Of a DNA stretch of 64,000 bases, positions 8,190 to 16,396 are shown in pieces. The notes below the pieces were generated by a model that ran no database searches, was not told the DNA's origin, and saw only the letters and a list, made by a program, of their open reading frames with translations. Source of the DNA: an uncultured Bacteroidales bacterium (lineage in GTDB: Bacteria; Bacteroidota; Bacteroidia; Bacteroidales; UBA932); assembly GCA_900316525.1 (NCBI GenBank), contig ONDF01000008.1, positions 21,077 to 85,076 on the forward strand, in the 5' to 3' direction. The position numbers and the translations under genes are program-made. The stretch's first letter is position 1. Every line of letters starts with the position of its first letter.

Positions 8190-10265
8190 TCAGTGGCGGT
8201 GCCAGGAAATGCCGAGGCTCTCGTAGTACGGATACTCCTTCTCAGCGATGATCGAGAAGAAATGGTCGAAGTCTTCCACGAAGGCCGGATCGTCCGGCTG
8301 CGTGGTCTCCGCCCATGCCGGGGAGGCGTTCCAGCCGCGCTCGAACAGGCCGAGCGCCTTCGGGAACAGGTAATAAGTCACGTGGTCGAAACTGCGCAGC
8401 GTCTCCGACCACAGCTGCCCCTGCACGCCGAGGATGTACGGCTTGCCGGCGGCCGTTAAGGCCGGCTTGTCCGCGCTGGCCGTGGCCAGGTCCTTCGGTT
8501 CCCCCTTGTCGTCCCAGCGGACGGACTTGTACAAATCGTACGGCAGGAAGGAGAACGAGCGGCGCTCGTCGATGAATCCCGCCCAGGAGTGTCCGCGCTC
8601 GGTCTTGGACCAGTTGTAGGCGAGATCGAAATAGGCGTTGGAGGAGTTCGAGAGCACCACCGGGATTCCGTCGTTGGCGAAGTTGTAGCCGATCACGTCC
8701 CGGCCGCGGGAAACCGCCCAGAAGTTCGTGAAGGCGAGGTTCCGCTTCACTCTTTCATACGTGGCGGGCTCGAGGTGCTGCGCGACTTCCTGCCAGCCGG
8801 CGATCTTCACGCCCCGGGCCTCGGCGATGTCCAGCACGCGGTTCGTGAAGTAGTCCTTGAGCCAGTCGACGTCCTTCACGCCGTTCGCCTTCATCAGCGC
8901 CTGGCAGGAAGGAGAGCCTTCCCAGGAGCCGTCCGGCACCTCGTCCCCGCCGATGTGGACGGCTTCCAGCGGAACGCCGGCCTCGGCGTGGAGGGCGATG
9001 AGGTTGTCGAACACCTTCTCGATGAAAGCATAGGTGGAGGGCAGGGAAACGTCGATGACGTTGTCGCAGTAGTCCTGCGCGGAATTGTACTTGGACGTGT
9101 CCGCCGGGTCGAAGAGCCGGTAGGTCGCGTCCCCGGTCGTGCGGTAGCGGTATTCCATGGACTTGACCGCGGCGCGGGAATGGCCCGGGATGTCGAATTC
9201 GGGCACGACGAGCATGTGGCGCGCATCGGCGTACTTGAGGATTTCGATGTAGTCGGCCTTGGTGTAGAAGCCGTTGCCGGAGGTCTTGGTGTCGTTCCGG
9301 TCCGGGGTGACGCAGTAGGTGTACATCAGCGCGTCGGGCTCGGAGATCGTACCGTCCTCGTTCAAGGTCGGAATGCCGCGGTAGGCGCCGTAGGACGTGA
9401 GTTCCGGGAGACCGTCCATCTCCACGCGCCAGCCCTCGTCGTCGCCGAAGTGCAGGTGCAGGCGGTTCACCTTGTAATGGGCCAGGATGTCGATGAGCTT
9501 CAGGAGGTTCTCCTTGCTCGTGAAGTTCCGGCTCACGTCCAGCATGATGCCGCGGTAGGGGAGGTCCGGCCAGTCTTCGATGACGGCGGAAGGAACGGTG
9601 CCGTCCTTCGCGTTCCGCTTGAGGTTGGCCAGCGTGACGGAGGCGTAATAGGCGCCGTCGTCATCGTTGAACTCGATGCGGATCGAGCCGTCCAGCCGGA
9701 TCCTGTACCAGCCGTGGGGCACGTTCTCGGCCGGGAACACGGGAATGTCGTCCTCGTCGAACGTGGTCGTGCCTTCCAGCATCTCGACTTTCTTCAGCCG
9801 GGGAATCATGTCGTAGGCCGTCAGGTCCGCGGGGGTATAATCAAAAGTATGCACCGGCTCCGACGGGAGGAATACGTATTCCACCTCCACGGGAACGGGT
9901 TTCCCGCCCTTGACCTGCAAGTGGAAGCCTTCCGGGGCGCGGCACTGGTTCACCAGGGCGCGGGCCTCGTAGCGGAGGACCATTTCGCTCCCTTCCGCTT
10001 CCGCCGTGGGGGCGACGCGGTACAGGGTGCCGCCGTGGTGGAGGATCTCCGCCTTGGCCCCTTCCTGCATCTTGACGGGCGTGCGGAACTGGGAGAACCA
10101 GAGGGTCCAGTCCGTCCCGGCGGGCGGATTCTGGATGGTCATCGTGTGGATGGTCTTCCCGGACTCCGGGTCGGTGGGACCTTCGGTCCAGACGACCCGG
10201 CAGGGCTTCGCGCAGGCGACAGCCGCCAGGCAGACGGCGAGGGAAAGCAGCGTTTTGGTGTTCAT
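8190..10265 (-). CDS. beta-N-acetylhexosaminidase, GH20
   Basis: Signal/lipobox LAAVACAK. GH20 hallmarks RGIMLDVSRNF, NRLHLHFGDDEGWRVE and VHIGGDEVP (catalytic D-E) are present. Confidence 0.9.
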   Translation of the reverse strand: MNTKTLLSLAVCLAAVACAKPCRVVWTEGPTDPESGKTIHTMTIQNPPAGTDWTLWFSQFRTPVKMQEGAKAEILHHGGTLYRVAPTAEAEGSEMVLRYEARALVNQCRAPEGFHLQVKGGKPVPVEVEYVFLPSEPVHTFDYTPADLTAYDMIPRLKKVEMLEGTTTFDEDDIPVFPAENVPHGWYRIRLDGSIRIEFNDDDGAYYASVTLANLKRNAKDGTVPSAVIEDWPDLPYRGIMLDVSRNFTSKENLLKLIDILAHYKVNRLHLHFGDDEGWRVEMDGLPELTSYGAYRGIPTLNEDGTISEPDALMYTYCVTPDRNDTKTSGNGFYTKADYIEILKYADARHMLVVPEFDIPGHSRAAVKSMEYRYRTTGDATYRLFDPADTSKYNSAQDYCDNVIDVSLPSTYAFIEKVFDNLIALHAEAGVPLEAVHIGGDEVPDGSWEGSPSCQALMKANGVKDVDWLKDYFTNRVLDIAEARGVKIAGWQEVAQHLEPATYERVKRNLAFTNFWAVSRGRDVIGYNFANDGIPVVLSNSSNAYFDLAYNWSKTERGHSWAGFIDERRSFSFLPYDLYKSVRWDDKGEPKDLATASADKPALTAAGKPYILGVQGQLWSETLRSFDHVTYYLFPKALGLFERGWNASPAWAETTQPDDPAFVEDFDHFFSIIAEKEYPYYESLGISWHRH

Positions 10266-10346
10266 GGTCAGGCGTTTTGGTTTTCCGAAGCCAAAGATGG
10301 CGAAAAAAATGAAGGGCGCAAATAGATTGACGCATTTTGTGTACTC

Positions 10347-10361
10347 AAATACGCAAATATT
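10347..10361 (+). promoter_or_regulatory. 15-nt motif AAATACGCAAATATT (candidate operator), copy 1
   Basis: An identical 15-mer is also present at 15007-15021. In both places it lies exactly 24 nt upstream of a TAATTTTG -7 box. Confidence 0.45.
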
Positions 10362-10385
10362 CGTTTAACCTTGGTTCTTTGTGTC

Positions 10386-10393
10386 TAATTTTG
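10386..10393 (+). promoter_or_regulatory. Bacteroidetes-type -7 promoter box TAATTTTG
   Basis: Matches TAnnTTTG. Lies 88 nt upstream of the ROK start codon. Confidence 0.45.
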
Positions 10394-10481
10394 CAAATAA
10401 CAAGGTGGGAACAGGCTTTGATTTTAAAATTTTTTACAAACCGGCCTTGCGAAGGAACACTTAAACTATAATATATAAAGT

Positions 10482-11312
10482 ATGGCCACATTAGGAATTG
10501 ATATCGGAGGCACCAACCTGAGCCTCGGTCTCGTCGACGACGGAAGGATCATCCAGGAGATCCACACGCCTTCTTTCCGTCCGGAAATGACGCTGGAGGA
10601 GACCCTGGAGTACCTGGCCGCCCAGATCGAGAAGGTTTTCCGCGCCGGCACGAAGAAGATCGGCCTGGGCGTCCCCTCGGTGGTGGACGTCCAGCAGGGC
10701 ATCGTCTACGACACCCAGAACATCCCTTCCTGGACGGAGGTTCCCCTCAAGGAGCACCTGGAAAAGCGCTTCGGCGTTCCCGTGGCCGTGAACAACGATG
10801 CGAACTGCTTCGCGATGGGCGTCTACGGCACCTATCCCGCCGACGCGAAGCCCGAGACCCTCGTGGTCGTCACCCTGGGCACCGGCGTGGGGATGGGCAT
10901 CGTCAATGAAGGCAAGCTCTTCTGCGGGGCCAACTGCGGCGCCGGCGAACTGGGCTGCCTGCCCTTCAAGGACGGCATCCTGGAGGACTACTGCAGCAAG
11001 AAGTTCTTCACCGGCGCGGGCTGGGACAGCCGGGACGCGGCCGAGAAGGCGAAGGAAGGGGATCCCGACGCGCTCCTCCTGTTCGACGAGTTCGGCCAGA
11101 ACATGGGGGCGCTCCTGTGCACGGTGATGTATGCCTACGACCCCACGCACATCGCCCTGGCCGGCGGCATCGCGAACAACTACCCCTTCTTCCGCCAGGC
11201 GATGGAAGAGTACATCCGCGCGAACTTCCCCTACCGGAAGGCCGTCGAGCGGCTCACCCTCGACATCTGTACCGACGATAACATTCCGGTCCTCGGAGCA
11301 TCCTTGATTTAG
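10482..11312 (+). CDS. ROK family sugar kinase (glucokinase/N-acetylhexosamine kinase-like)
   Basis: N-terminal ATP motif LGIDIGGTN, DANCFAMG, and a Zn-type motif CGANCGAGELGC. Confidence 0.85.
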   Translation: MATLGIDIGGTNLSLGLVDDGRIIQEIHTPSFRPEMTLEETLEYLAAQIEKVFRAGTKKIGLGVPSVVDVQQGIVYDTQNIPSWTEVPLKEHLEKRFGVPVAVNNDANCFAMGVYGTYPADAKPETLVVVTLGTGVGMGIVNEGKLFCGANCGAGELGCLPFKDGILEDYCSKKFFTGAGWDSRDAAEKAKEGDPDALLLFDEFGQNMGALLCTVMYAYDPTHIALAGGIANNYPFFRQAMEEYIRANFPYRKAVERLTLDICTDDNIPVLGASLI

Positions 11313-11314
11313 CA

Positions 11315-13804
11315 ATGAAAAAAATAATATTCATCACTCTTGCCGTGGCGATGACCGCCTGCAGCCCGAAAAATACGGTCCCGTCCGGGAACCGCGAGAT
11401 TCTCGCCGAGGGATGGACCCTCAGCCGCGAGGGCGCGACCGAAACGTTCGCCGCCCAGGCGCCTTCCACCGTGGCCGGCACCCTGGCCGACGCCGGATAC
11501 TTCGGCGAAGACCTCCTGGTCGGCCGGAATTACGAGAAAGTGGACCAGGCGATCTTCGACGATTCCTGGACCTATACCACCGTCTTCGCCGGGAAGCCGG
11601 GCAAGGGCCAGCACGCCGAACTCGTGTTCGACGGCCTGGACTACTATGCCGACATCTTCCTGAACGGGAAGCAGCTCGCTTCCGCGGACACGACCTTCGG
11701 CGTGTTCATCCGGCGGAAGTTTGACGTGACGGGCCTGCTGAAGGCGCGCAACAAGCTGGAAGTCAAGCTGCGCCGCGCGCAGAAGGGCGACCTGAACATC
11801 GGCTTCGTGGACTGGAACCCCCGTCCGCTGGACGAGTCGATGGGCATCACCCGCCCCGTCACCCTGCACACCACGGGCGCCGTGTCCATCGAGGATGTGT
11901 ATGTCGTCCCTGACCTGGACGTCGAGAGCTTCAAGACGGCCGACCTTTGCGTCCGCGTTCGTCTGCAGAACAAGGAGAACCGTCCTGTCAACGCGGAAAT
12001 CGTCCTGAATCTCGGGAACGATCCCGTCCGCGTGCCGGTTTCCCTCGCCGCCGGCGACCTGAAGGAGTTCGTGCTGACGCCCGCCGAGGCCGATATCCTG
12101 CATATCGACAATCCCCGTGTGTGGTGGAGCTGGGATCTCGGCAAGCCGGAGCTGTACACGCTCGCGGTCGCCGTGGAGGAAGCCGGCGCGGTCTCCGACT
12201 GCAATGAGACCACCTTCGGTATCCGCAAGATCGAGAGCCGCCTCACGGAGGACGGCTACCGCCAGATGACGCTCAATGGCAAGGACATCCTCGTCAAGGG
12301 CGCCGGCTGGACGGACGACCTCTTCCTCCGCGACACGCCGGAGAGCATCGAGCAGCAGGTGCGCTATGTGATGGACATGAACATGAACCTCATCCGCTTC
12401 GAGAACATCTGGGGCAAGGACGACACGGTCTACGACCTGTGCGACAAGCTGGGCGTGATGGCCCTCGTCGGCTTCAGCTGCCAGTGGGAGTGGGAGGACT
12501 ACTGCGGCCTGCCCGAGGTCAAGAACTGGGGCTGCATCAACGGCAAGGAGGTCGAGGACCTCGCCTTCGCGTACTTCCGCGACCAGGTCACCCGCCTGCA
12601 CAACCATCCGGCCGTGATTGCCTGGATGACCGGCAGCGACCGCATTCCGAACCCGGACCTGGAGCAGCGCTATCTCGCGGTCTATGAGCGCGAGGACTAC
12701 CGCCCGTACATCTGCTCCGCGAAGAGCCAGAAGAGCCTCGCCGGCTGGTCCGGCACCAAGATGGAAGGCCCGTACGAGTACGTGGGCGCCGACTATTGGT
12801 ACAAGGACACCGAGGCGGGCGGCGCCTTCGGCTGGAACACGGAAACCGGCATCGGCGCGAACCTGCCGCAGCTGGAATCCCTGAAGAAGATGATCCCGGA
12901 GGAATCCCTCTGGCCGCTCTCCAATGTGTGGGACTACCACTGCACGGCCTCCTCCTCCGCGATGAACACGACCAAGGTCCTGCAGGAGACAATCAACGGC
13001 CTGTACGGCGGCTTCGATGGCCTGGAGGACTTTGTCCGGAAGGCCCACGCCGTGGACTACGACGGCACGCGCGCGATGTTCGAGGCGTTCCGTGTCCGCG
13101 TCCCCAAGACCACCGGCATCGTCCAGTGGATGCTGAACTCCGCCTGGCCGTCCCTGTACTGGCAGCAGTATGACTGGTACGGCGTCCCGACTGCCGCCTA
13201 CTACGGCACCAAGAAGGCCTGCGAGCCCGTCCAGCTCCTGTTCGACTACGCCACCCGCAAGGTGTACGCGGTCAATGAGAGCGCCGACGCCCGCGAGCTG
13301 CAAGCCACCCTGCAGGTTTTCGATGCCGCTTCCAAGGCCATCGGCAAGGAGACCAAGACCGTCAAGGTCGGCTACCGGGAGGTTGTCCCGGTCTTCGACC
13401 TCAAGCGCTACGACGGCAAGCCGCATTTCGTGGCCCTCGCCCTCGCCGACGGCGACAAGCCCGTCACGGACAACTTCTATGTCCTCCCGGCGAAGGACAA
13501 CGAGTACGACTGGAAGAAGACCAACTGGTACATCACCCCGATCACGGCTTACGCGGACCTCGGTTTCGCGTTCAAGCAGCCCAAGGCCGAGGTGGAAATG
13601 ACCGTCGGGGACGGACAGGTCACGCTCGTGAACAAGTCCGGCGTCATCTCCTACATGAACATCCTCAAGGCGAAGGACGCCGACGGCAACCTCGTCGTCC
13701 CCTTCACCTGGAGCGACAATTTCTTCCCGATCCTCCCCGGAGAGACCAAGGTCGTCACTTTCCAGGCGCCGACGAAAGAATTCCACATCGAACTGGATAA
13801 TTAA
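11315..13804 (+). CDS. glycoside hydrolase family 2 (beta-mannosidase / exo-beta-glucosaminidase-like), lipoprotein
   Basis: Lipobox AMTACS. GH2-like order of sugar-binding, Ig-like and TIM-barrel regions (DGLDYYADIFLNG, NMNLIRFENIWGKDD, TETGIGANLP). Specificity cannot be determined by eye. Confidence 0.75.
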   Translation: MKKIIFITLAVAMTACSPKNTVPSGNREILAEGWTLSREGATETFAAQAPSTVAGTLADAGYFGEDLLVGRNYEKVDQAIFDDSWTYTTVFAGKPGKGQHAELVFDGLDYYADIFLNGKQLASADTTFGVFIRRKFDVTGLLKARNKLEVKLRRAQKGDLNIGFVDWNPRPLDESMGITRPVTLHTTGAVSIEDVYVVPDLDVESFKTADLCVRVRLQNKENRPVNAEIVLNLGNDPVRVPVSLAAGDLKEFVLTPAEADILHIDNPRVWWSWDLGKPELYTLAVAVEEAGAVSDCNETTFGIRKIESRLTEDGYRQMTLNGKDILVKGAGWTDDLFLRDTPESIEQQVRYVMDMNMNLIRFENIWGKDDTVYDLCDKLGVMALVGFSCQWEWEDYCGLPEVKNWGCINGKEVEDLAFAYFRDQVTRLHNHPAVIAWMTGSDRIPNPDLEQRYLAVYEREDYRPYICSAKSQKSLAGWSGTKMEGPYEYVGADYWYKDTEAGGAFGWNTETGIGANLPQLESLKKMIPEESLWPLSNVWDYHCTASSSAMNTTKVLQETINGLYGGFDGLEDFVRKAHAVDYDGTRAMFEAFRVRVPKTTGIVQWMLNSAWPSLYWQQYDWYGVPTAAYYGTKKACEPVQLLFDYATRKVYAVNESADARELQATLQVFDAASKAIGKETKTVKVGYREVVPVFDLKRYDGKPHFVALALADGDKPVTDNFYVLPAKDNEYDWKKTNWYITPITAYADLGFAFKQPKAEVEMTVGDGQVTLVNKSGVISYMNILKAKDADGNLVVPFTWSDNFFPILPGETKVVTFQAPTKEFHIELDN

Positions 13805-13817
13805 AAAAGAACGCGAT

Positions 13818-14984
13818 ATGAAAAGAACCGTTTTGTTGATTGGTTTGGTTCTAGGCTGGGCCACCTGCGCACTGGCGCAGGTGGACACCGGCCGGGACCT
13901 GTCCAAGTACGCTGACGACAAGTTCAGCGAGGACGACACGTATCAGGTCGAGACCCCGTACCAGACCGTCATCGTCAAGCAGCCCAAGTCCAAGAAGATC
14001 AAGAACGTCATCTTCATGATCGGCGACGGCATGTCGATGGAGGCCGTGACCGTGGGCTGGACCCTCAACGGGGGGCACCTGAACCTGGACAACTGCCCGG
14101 TGGCCGGCTATTCCCGGACCTACTGCGCGGACAAGCTCATCACCGATTCCTGCGCCGGCGGCACCGCCCTTTCCTCCGGCGAGAAGACCAAATACGGCTA
14201 CATCGGCCAGGATGTGAACGAAAAACCGTTCTTCACCCTGCTCCATAAGGCGCAGTCCCTGGGCAAGAAGACCGGCCTCGTCGTGACGTGCCGCATCAAC
14301 GACGCCACGCCCGCCGACTTCGTATGCCACAGCCCGGACCGCCACCTGGAGGCGGAGATCGCCGCCCAGTACGTGGACAGCGGCGTGGACTTCATCCTCG
14401 GTGGCGGCCGCCAGTTCTGGGACCAGCGCGAGGACGGCCGGAACCTCATCCAGGAGATGAAGGCGCGCGGCTACAACTTCGTGGAGAAGCGCGAAGAGCT
14501 CGCGAATGTCCACGACGGCAAGCTCCTGGCCCTGTTCGCCCCGCTGGACATGGACCCGTGCCTGGACCGCGGCCCCGTGCTGGAGGACGGCACGATGAAG
14601 GCCATCGAACTGCTTTCCAAGGACAACAAGAAGGGCTTCTTCCTGATGGTCGAAGGCTCCCAGATCGACGACTGGGCGCACCGCAACAAGGTGGGCTACA
14701 TGGCCGAGGAGCTCTTCGATTTCGACAAGACCATCGGCAAGGTGCTCCAGTGGGCCGAGAACGACGGCCACACCCTGGTGGTCATCACGGCCGACCACGG
14801 CACCGGCGGCATCACCCTCGTGGGCGGCAGTCTGGAGGAGCGCAACGTGAAGGTCCATTTCTCCACGAAGGGCCACCACGGCATCGTGGTCCCGGTCTTC
14901 GCCTACGGCCCCCACGCCGAGGATTTCCAGGGCGTGATGGAGAACGCGGAACTTTCCAACCGCATCCGGAAACTGATCAAGTAG
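13818..14984 (+). CDS. alkaline phosphatase (PhoA family)
   Basis: Motifs IFMIGDGMS, TDSCAGGTALSSGEKT (nucleophile Ser region), EGSQIDDWAH and ITADHGTGG. Confidence 0.85.
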   Translation: MKRTVLLIGLVLGWATCALAQVDTGRDLSKYADDKFSEDDTYQVETPYQTVIVKQPKSKKIKNVIFMIGDGMSMEAVTVGWTLNGGHLNLDNCPVAGYSRTYCADKLITDSCAGGTALSSGEKTKYGYIGQDVNEKPFFTLLHKAQSLGKKTGLVVTCRINDATPADFVCHSPDRHLEAEIAAQYVDSGVDFILGGGRQFWDQREDGRNLIQEMKARGYNFVEKREELANVHDGKLLALFAPLDMDPCLDRGPVLEDGTMKAIELLSKDNKKGFFLMVEGSQIDDWAHRNKVGYMAEELFDFDKTIGKVLQWAENDGHTLVVITADHGTGGITLVGGSLEERNVKVHFSTKGHHGIVVPVFAYGPHAEDFQGVMENAELSNRIRKLIK

Positions 14985-15006
14985 AGTTTTCGCAAATTGG
15001 GAGTTG

Positions 15007-15021
15007 AAATACGCAAATATT
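15007..15021 (+). promoter_or_regulatory. 15-nt motif AAATACGCAAATATT (candidate operator), copy 2
   Basis: Identical to 10347-10361, with the same 24-nt spacing to TAATTTTG. Confidence 0.45.
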
Positions 15022-15045
15022 TCCACAGCGAAAAAGCAACCCGAT

Positions 15046-15053
15046 TAATTTTG
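15046..15053 (+). promoter_or_regulatory. Bacteroidetes-type -7 promoter box TAATTTTG
   Basis: Matches TAnnTTTG. Lies 29 nt upstream of the GH18 start at 15083. Confidence 0.5.
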
Positions 15054-15082
15054 TCCGTGAAAGCCACCAACCACATGGCCGT

Positions 15083-16360
15083 ATGAAACTGAACAAGACC
15101 GCCCGTATCCTCGCCAGCCTTGCTTTAGGCTTGTCCTTGTGCGTGTTCTCCTGCGAAAAGCCGGCGACGAACATCGTCATCGCCCCGCCGAACACGCATC
15201 CGTCGACCGGGACGGGGACCGGCAATGGGAATGGGAACGGCAGCGGTACCGGCGATAATAACGGCGGTTCCGGCTCTTCGACCGGCTCAGGAACCGGCAC
15301 AGGCACCCTCTGCACGGACATCGGCCAGACGCCCATCGTCCTGGCCTACTTTACGGAGTACACCGAGGTGCTCCCCGAGGTGAAGCTCTTGACCCACATC
15401 AACTATGCCCACGGCCGCTTCAAGAACCCCAAGACGGGCGACGGCGGCATCGTGATCACCGAATCCTCGAAGGCTCCCATCAGCAAGGTGGTGGCCCTCA
15501 AGAGCGTGAATCCCAAGCTGAAAGTGATGCTGATGATCGGCGGCTGGGGCGGTCACGCCGACGGATTCTCCGAAATGGCCAAGAGCGACGCCAAGCGGAC
15601 GGAATTCTGCCAGTCCGTGAAGGAGCTCATCGACAAACACAAACTGGACGGGGTGGACATCGACTGGGAGTATCCCACCGTGTCGGCCGACAACGAGACC
15701 GGCTGCGACCCGATGGACACCCAGAACTTCAACCTCGTGCTCCGGGAGCTCCGCGAGACCCTGGGCACCTCGAAGATCATCTCCTTCGCCTCTTCCTCCA
15801 GCGGCAAGTATGTGGACTGGAAGACGGCCATCAAGTACATCGACTATGTCAATGTGATGACCTACGACATGGGCGCGGCCCCCAACGGGCACAATTCCCC
15901 GCTGCACAAGTCCAGCCGCTTCACGCACCGGAGCTGGGACGAGGCCGTCGACGCGCACGTGAAGGCCGGCGTGCCCAAGAACCGCCAGGTGATGGGCGTG
16001 CCGTTCTACGGCAAGGCGGAGAAGAATCCGGCGGAAGGGACCAAGATCTTCGAGTATTCCGTGAAATACTACGAGATTCCCGACATCTTGGAGAAGGGCC
16101 AGTACAAAGGCAAGGCCCTGGCCCGGCCCGTGACGCGCCAGTGGGACGCCACCGCGATGGTGCCCTTCCTGGTCGATGCGTCCGGCAAGAACGTCCTCTC
16201 CTACGACGACCCCGAGTCCGTCGCGGCGAAGGGCGCCTACGTGGTGGCGAACGGCCACCTGGGCGCGATGTTCTGGGAATACCGGTGCGACACCGGCGAC
16301 CACGCCCTGCTGGGCGCGCTGGTGAAAGCCATCTATGGAAAGGAAACAGTACTGCAATAA
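15083..16360 (+). CDS. GH18 glycoside hydrolase lipoprotein (endo-beta-N-acetylglucosaminidase/chitinase-like)
   Basis: Lipobox CVFSCE, a Gly/Thr/Asn/Ser linker (GTGTGNGNGNGSGTGDNNGGSGSS...), and the catalytic DGVDIDWEYP (DxxDxDxE). Confidence 0.85.
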   Translation: MKLNKTARILASLALGLSLCVFSCEKPATNIVIAPPNTHPSTGTGTGNGNGNGSGTGDNNGGSGSSTGSGTGTGTLCTDIGQTPIVLAYFTEYTEVLPEVKLLTHINYAHGRFKNPKTGDGGIVITESSKAPISKVVALKSVNPKLKVMLMIGGWGGHADGFSEMAKSDAKRTEFCQSVKELIDKHKLDGVDIDWEYPTVSADNETGCDPMDTQNFNLVLRELRETLGTSKIISFASSSSGKYVDWKTAIKYIDYVNVMTYDMGAAPNGHNSPLHKSSRFTHRSWDEAVDAHVKAGVPKNRQVMGVPFYGKAEKNPAEGTKIFEYSVKYYEIPDILEKGQYKGKALARPVTRQWDATAMVPFLVDASGKNVLSYDDPESVAAKGAYVVANGHLGAMFWEYRCDTGDHALLGALVKAIYGKETVLQ

Positions 16361-16396
16361 TATACAACCAGAAAAATAACCCATAAACAAAACCCA

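Noticed and set aside
15219-15300. Gly/Thr/Asn/Ser-coding low-complexity repeat in the first GH18
   Set aside because: It is interpreted as an ordinary flexible lipoprotein linker. There is no exact nucleotide tandem repeat that would suggest length variation.
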